Shown here in pieces: positions 63,752 to 64,000 of a stretch of 64,000 bases of DNA (within the stretch, counting starts at the first letter, position 1; each line of letters begins with the position of its first letter). The stretch lies in assembly GCF_009914755.1 (NCBI RefSeq), contig NC_060934.1, one strand, 5' to 3'. The stretch is from the human T2T-CHM13v2.0 reference genome, Homo sapiens. The notes under the pieces are model-generated. The model saw only the letters and a program-made list of their open reading frames with translations, was not told the DNA's origin and did not search any database. The translations under genes and the position numbers were made by a program.

Positions 63752-64000
63752 ATGCAGAGAGAACTTGTTTATGCAAGAGGAGATGGCCCTGGGGCCCCTC
63801 GCCCCGGATCTACTGCTCATCCACCCCATGCGATTCCAAATTCCCCACCGTCTACTCCAGTGCCCCATTCCATGCCCCCCTCCCCGTCCAGAATTCCTTA
63901 TGGGGGCACCCGCTCCATGGTTGTTCCTGGCAATGCCACCATCCCCAGGGACAGAATCTCCAGCCTGCCAGTCTCCAGACCCATCTCTCCAAGCCCAAGC
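63752..64000 (+). CDS. KIAA1217: KIAA1217 coding exon, Pro/Ser-rich, truncated by window end
   Basis: Acceptor cccttgttttcttttcAG (63750-63751), phase 0, 83 open codons MQRELVYARGDGPGAPRPGSTAHPPHAIPNSPPSTPVPHSMPPSPSRIPYGGTRSMVVPGNATIPRDRISSLPVSRPISPSPS. Not in the ORF track because no stop falls in the window. Confidence 0.95.
   Translation, partial: MQRELVYARGDGPGAPRPGSTAHPPHAIPNSPPSTPVPHSMPPSPSRIPYGGTRSMVVPGNATIPRDRISSLPVSRPISPSPS

Overview
Repeat-rich, CpG-poor mammalian genomic DNA, almost certainly human or great ape, lying entirely inside the + strand gene KIAA1217 (SKT, sickle tail homolog, paralog of SRCIN1/p140Cap). Three coding exons with canonical splice sites and compatible phases are present: 23520-23718 (199 nt), 28910-29003 (94 nt) and 63752 to the window end. 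The rest is intron. It contains about 33 Alu copies (24 antisense, 9 sense by my count), old and young L1 fragments, L2, MIR, MaLR solo LTRs (THE1, MLT1) and DNA transposon fossils (MER1A, MER5A, Tigger2a). Nearly all ORFs in the supplied track are repeat-derived or spurious. I see no prokaryote-type system and no convincing new gene. The best leads concern isoform control: two repeat-free islands in the long intron end in strong splice donors (40288, 57314) and look like internal first exons; the receiving exon begins exactly with ATG and has a tandem acceptor that would delete that ATG; and the 40.3 kb candidate would place an ATG-TAA start-stop element 1 nt before the main ATG. Also noted are inverted Alu pairs, nested insertions, a ~169 bp tandem duplication split by an Alu, and small palindromes. 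Repeat subfamily names and boundaries of old repeats were judged by eye and are approximate.
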